DNA of 64,000 nucleotides from Candidatus Latescibacterota bacterium (GTDB lineage Bacteria; Latescibacterota; UBA2968). Position 1 is the stretch's first letter, and every line of letters starts with the position of its first letter. Under the pieces are notes generated by a model, which was not told the DNA's origin, did no database searches, and saw only the letters and a program-made list of their open reading frames with translations. The position numbers and the translations under genes are program-made. The stretch lies in contig JAJEDY010000021.1 in assembly GCA_022821275.1 (NCBI GenBank), forward strand, positions 6,016 to 70,015. The letters are read 5' to 3'. Positions 61,150 through 64,000 of the stretch are shown one piece after another.

Positions 61150-63237
61150 ATGAACGACGCACAACAACCTCTCAATGCTCTACCTCAAGGCCACCGTCTT
61201 CAGGAATACGAACTGGTGCGAGTGCTCGGATTTGGCGGATTTGGCATGACCTATCTCGGCTTTGACCACAATCTGGACAAAGCCGTTGCGATTAAAGAAT
61301 ACTTGCCATCCGATATTGCTGTTCGTACAGGCGATAACAGCGTTGCTCCACAAGCGAGCCAGTTTCGAGGTGATTTTGAGTGGGGATTAGATCGTTTCTT
61401 GGATGAAGCGCGTGCCTTAGCCCGCTTTGACCATCGCCACATTATTAAAATATATCGTTTCTTTGAGGCACACGGCACAGCGTATATCGTGATGGAATAT
61501 GCTGAAGGTGAGACCTTGACAGCGTTTCTGGAACGCAAAGGGACGTTGGAAGAATCTGAACTCAAAGCCATTCTGTATCCGATTCTCGATGGCTTGGAGG
61601 TAGTGCATGGAGCTGATTTTTTGCATCGAGATATAAAGCCGGGCAATATCATCATTCGAGATGAGGACAATTCGCCAGTGTTGTTGGACTTTGGTTCAGC
61701 GCGTCAGGCAATCGGTGCAAGGAGCCGTTCGGTTACGTCGATTATCACGCCGGGTTATGCGCCAATAGAGCAGTATTCAAGTCGGGGTGATCAGGGACCA
61801 TGGACGGATATTTATGCTTTGGGAGGCGTATGTTATCGTGCATTGACTGGTGAAGTGCCTGAAGATGCAACAGATCGTATGCGGGATGATCCACTCATTC
61901 CAGTGTCTGAACGATGTGCTGGTCAAGTGAGTGCTGAGTTTCTTTCTGCAATAGATTGGGCGTTGGCAGTGGATGAAGGGGATCGCCCGCAGGGTATTGC
62001 TGAATGGCGTTCAAGGTTGGAGGGGGAGCAGGTCGTTGATTCCCCACCAATTGAAGAGAGACAGATTTCGGTTACTCCTATTGAAAGGACGAGTACGCTG
62101 TCTGGAGTACCTCAAGGTGTTATACCCGAGTTGGAGCGAAAGAGCAAGAGACGAGGCAAGGTTCTATTGGGTGTTTTAGGCGTGTGTCTGCTCCTTACGG
62201 GTTTGGGCGGATATTTGTGGTGGGCAAAGAAAAATCATGAGGCTGAAATCGTGCGTTATGTGGCGCAGTTTGAAGAAGCATTGGGACGTAAGGATTTCAG
62301 TATGGCGGGTATCTATGTGGATTCGCTACGAGTTGTTGATTCAGATGCGCCTATGTTGTCCGAGTTGGAAGATCGTCTATCAAAGGCACGCCAGGTATCT
62401 GACTTGTTGTCTGGTGCGGCTGAGGACATGGCTGCGGATCGTTTGATGAGTCCTACGGGTCAAAATGCGTGGGAGAAGTACCAATCAGTATTGGAATTGG
62501 AGCCGGAGCATGGGGTTGCGACTGCTGGTCTGGATAGCATCATTGCGCGTTATGTAGTGAAGTTTGAGTCTGCTTTAGAGGATAAGGATTTCACTATGGT
62601 GGATGAGTGTATGACTCAGATTCGAGTAGTTGATTCCAATGCACCTATGTTATCAGAACTGGAAGGTCGTTTATCGGCGTCACGTCAGACGGAGAAGCGA
62701 CGTCAAGAACAGGCGGCTTTAGAAAAGGAAAGACTGCGTCAAGAACAAGAACGGACAGCCTCGGAGAGGCAACGTCCAGAACAGGTAGAGAAACAACGTT
62801 TTATTTCAGATATGGGCCGCGAGCCGTCCCCATTGAGAGTGAATGGCATGGGTGAGACTGATCTACACATCGCAGCGCGTTTGAATCTACCTTTGCTGAC
62901 TCTATCCCTGTTGAAGCAGGACGCTGATGTCAACGCGAAGAACAAAGATGGCTTTACGCCACTACATTTGGCGGCGGTAACAAATGCTCGTGAGGTAGCC
63001 GAGGTATTACTCAGACACGGCGCTGATGTCAACGCGAAGAGCAAAAATGGCTTTACGCCACTACATTTGGCGGCGGTAACAAATGCTCGTGAAGTAGCCG
63101 AGGTATTACTCAGACACGGTGCTGATGTCAACACGAAAACCCAAGATGGTCTATACCTAACCCCACTGCACCTCGCAGTATTGAATGGTGCTTATCAAAC
63201 AGAAGCAGTGTTGCGCCGCTACGGTGGAAAAAGATAA
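61150..63237 (+). CDS. Transmembrane Hanks-type Ser/Thr protein kinase with C-terminal helical repeats and ankyrin repeats
   Basis: LGFGGFG, VAIKEY, HRDIKPGN, DFG, GYAPIE; TM VLLGVLGVCLLLTGLGGYLWW; about 4 ankyrin repeats (GFTPLHLAA..LLRHGADVNAK). Confidence 0.93.
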   Translation: MNDAQQPLNALPQGHRLQEYELVRVLGFGGFGMTYLGFDHNLDKAVAIKEYLPSDIAVRTGDNSVAPQASQFRGDFEWGLDRFLDEARALARFDHRHIIKIYRFFEAHGTAYIVMEYAEGETLTAFLERKGTLEESELKAILYPILDGLEVVHGADFLHRDIKPGNIIIRDEDNSPVLLDFGSARQAIGARSRSVTSIITPGYAPIEQYSSRGDQGPWTDIYALGGVCYRALTGEVPEDATDRMRDDPLIPVSERCAGQVSAEFLSAIDWALAVDEGDRPQGIAEWRSRLEGEQVVDSPPIEERQISVTPIERTSTLSGVPQGVIPELERKSKRRGKVLLGVLGVCLLLTGLGGYLWWAKKNHEAEIVRYVAQFEEALGRKDFSMAGIYVDSLRVVDSDAPMLSELEDRLSKARQVSDLLSGAAEDMAADRLMSPTGQNAWEKYQSVLELEPEHGVATAGLDSIIARYVVKFESALEDKDFTMVDECMTQIRVVDSNAPMLSELEGRLSASRQTEKRRQEQAALEKERLRQEQERTASERQRPEQVEKQRFISDMGREPSPLRVNGMGETDLHIAARLNLPLLTLSLLKQDADVNAKNKDGFTPLHLAAVTNAREVAEVLLRHGADVNAKSKNGFTPLHLAAVTNAREVAEVLLRHGADVNTKTQDGLYLTPLHLAVLNGAYQTEAVLRRYGGKR
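62922..63140 (+). repeat. 99-bp near-identical tandem duplication (ankyrin repeat units)
   Basis: Units start at 62922 and 63021 (CGCTGATGTCAACGCGAAG...), with few differences; partial third copy from about 63120. Confidence 0.9.
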
Positions 63238-63322
63238 AATAAGCTGATTCTTAAAATAATCGGAGATACTATAAACGCAGAATACTACCGAAGAATGAAA
63301 ACAGACAATAACGGGAGAGGTT

Positions 63323-64000
63323 ATGAGCGGAAGACACGAATGCATTGGAATCAATGTGCAGACCAAAGATGGCGATACGCAGTTACACCTTGCGGTGCGA
63401 GAAAATGCTCATAAGAGAGCAGAGGTATTGCTTAGACAAGGTGCCGATCCTAACGCGAAGGATAAATATGGCTCTACGCCACTACATTGGGCAGTGAGGA
63501 ACAAGGCTTCTGAGACAGCCGAGGTATTGTTCAAACATGGTGCTAATCTCAACGCACAGAACAAAGATGGGGTGACGCCACTGCACTGGGCGGTGAGGAT
63601 ACCACCATATTCTTCTGCATTCGCAGAAATTTTGCTTAAACATGGTGCCGATCCTAACGCGAGGGACATATATGGCTCTACGCCGTTGCACAACGCAGCG
63701 TGGAAAAATAATTATGAAGCGGCAGAAGTGTTGCTCAAACATGGAGCAGACCTTAATGCGAAAGACAATCAGGGCCTGATGCCGTTGCACAACGCAATGA
63801 AAAAAAATAATCGTGAAGTAGCAGAAATTTTGCGACGTTACAGCGACCAGATGACAGATTCTGTGAATATCTATCAGCCAGTCACTACGTCTGCAACTAC
63901 AAAAGCAAGGCTGAACAAAGAGTTGTACACTGCGGCAGCGAATAATGCTCATGATATAGTAGAGGTATTGCTGAATCAAGGTGCTGATGTCGATGCCAAG
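63323..64000 (+). CDS. Ankyrin repeat protein, runs off window end
   Basis: Manual translation after GAGAGG RBS: MSGRHECIGINVQTKDGDTQLHLAV..GADPNAKDKYGSTPLHWAV..; at least 5 ankyrin repeats, no stop before 64000. Not in the ORF track. Confidence 0.9.
   Translation, partial: MSGRHECIGINVQTKDGDTQLHLAVRENAHKRAEVLLRQGADPNAKDKYGSTPLHWAVRNKASETAEVLFKHGANLNAQNKDGVTPLHWAVRIPPYSSAFAEILLKHGADPNARDIYGSTPLHNAAWKNNYEAAEVLLKHGADLNAKDNQGLMPLHNAMKKNNREVAEILRRYSDQMTDSVNIYQPVTTSATTKARLNKELYTAAANNAHDIVEVLLNQGADVDAK

Noticed and set aside
55432-63237. Type VI secretion regulatory module (PpkA/Fha) or TerY-P triad
   Set aside because: No Tss core genes and no PP2C phosphatase in the window; the vWA is membrane-anchored and linked to a MotA-like gene
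63237-63323. Frameshift splitting one long kinase-ankyrin gene
   Set aside because: The kinase ends in a typical terminal ankyrin cap (LRRYGGKR) and the next ORF has its own RBS and ATG

Overview
A 64 kb bacterial chromosomal window, mostly housekeeping and catabolic genes (queA, accD, aroQ, sucD, rpiA, era, uxuA-like, several Gfo/Idh/MocA and TIM-barrel sugar enzymes). The envelope genes (PorV-like barrel, GWxTD protein, peptidase-propeller-Omp85 fusion) suggest an FCB-group organism such as Latescibacterota; this is inference only. Three accessory blocks stand out. (1) A defence-type islet at about 8.1-15.7 kb: an AAA_21 ATPase plus DUF4276-like pair, a decayed type III R-M Mod fragment, and a 1824-aa sacsin-like GHKL ATPase/DUF3883-like nuclease. 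(2) A 42.7-49.8 kb two-gene membrane module: a degenerate M28 peptidase fused to two FtsX-like permease blocks, plus an OPT-like transporter, with no ATPase. (3) The best candidate for an undescribed system, a co-directional cluster at 55.4-64 kb. It encodes a dead and an active membrane-anchored trypsin-FHA protein, an ExbD/MotB-like TM-vWA protein, a MotA/TolQ/ExbB channel, two soluble FHA proteins, a transmembrane Ser/Thr kinase with ankyrin repeats and a further ankyrin protein. Together these look like an ion-driven motor wired to phosphothreonine signalling and envelope proteolysis. No rRNA, tRNA, CRISPR array or transposase was recognised. All calls come from motif reading; no database searches were run.
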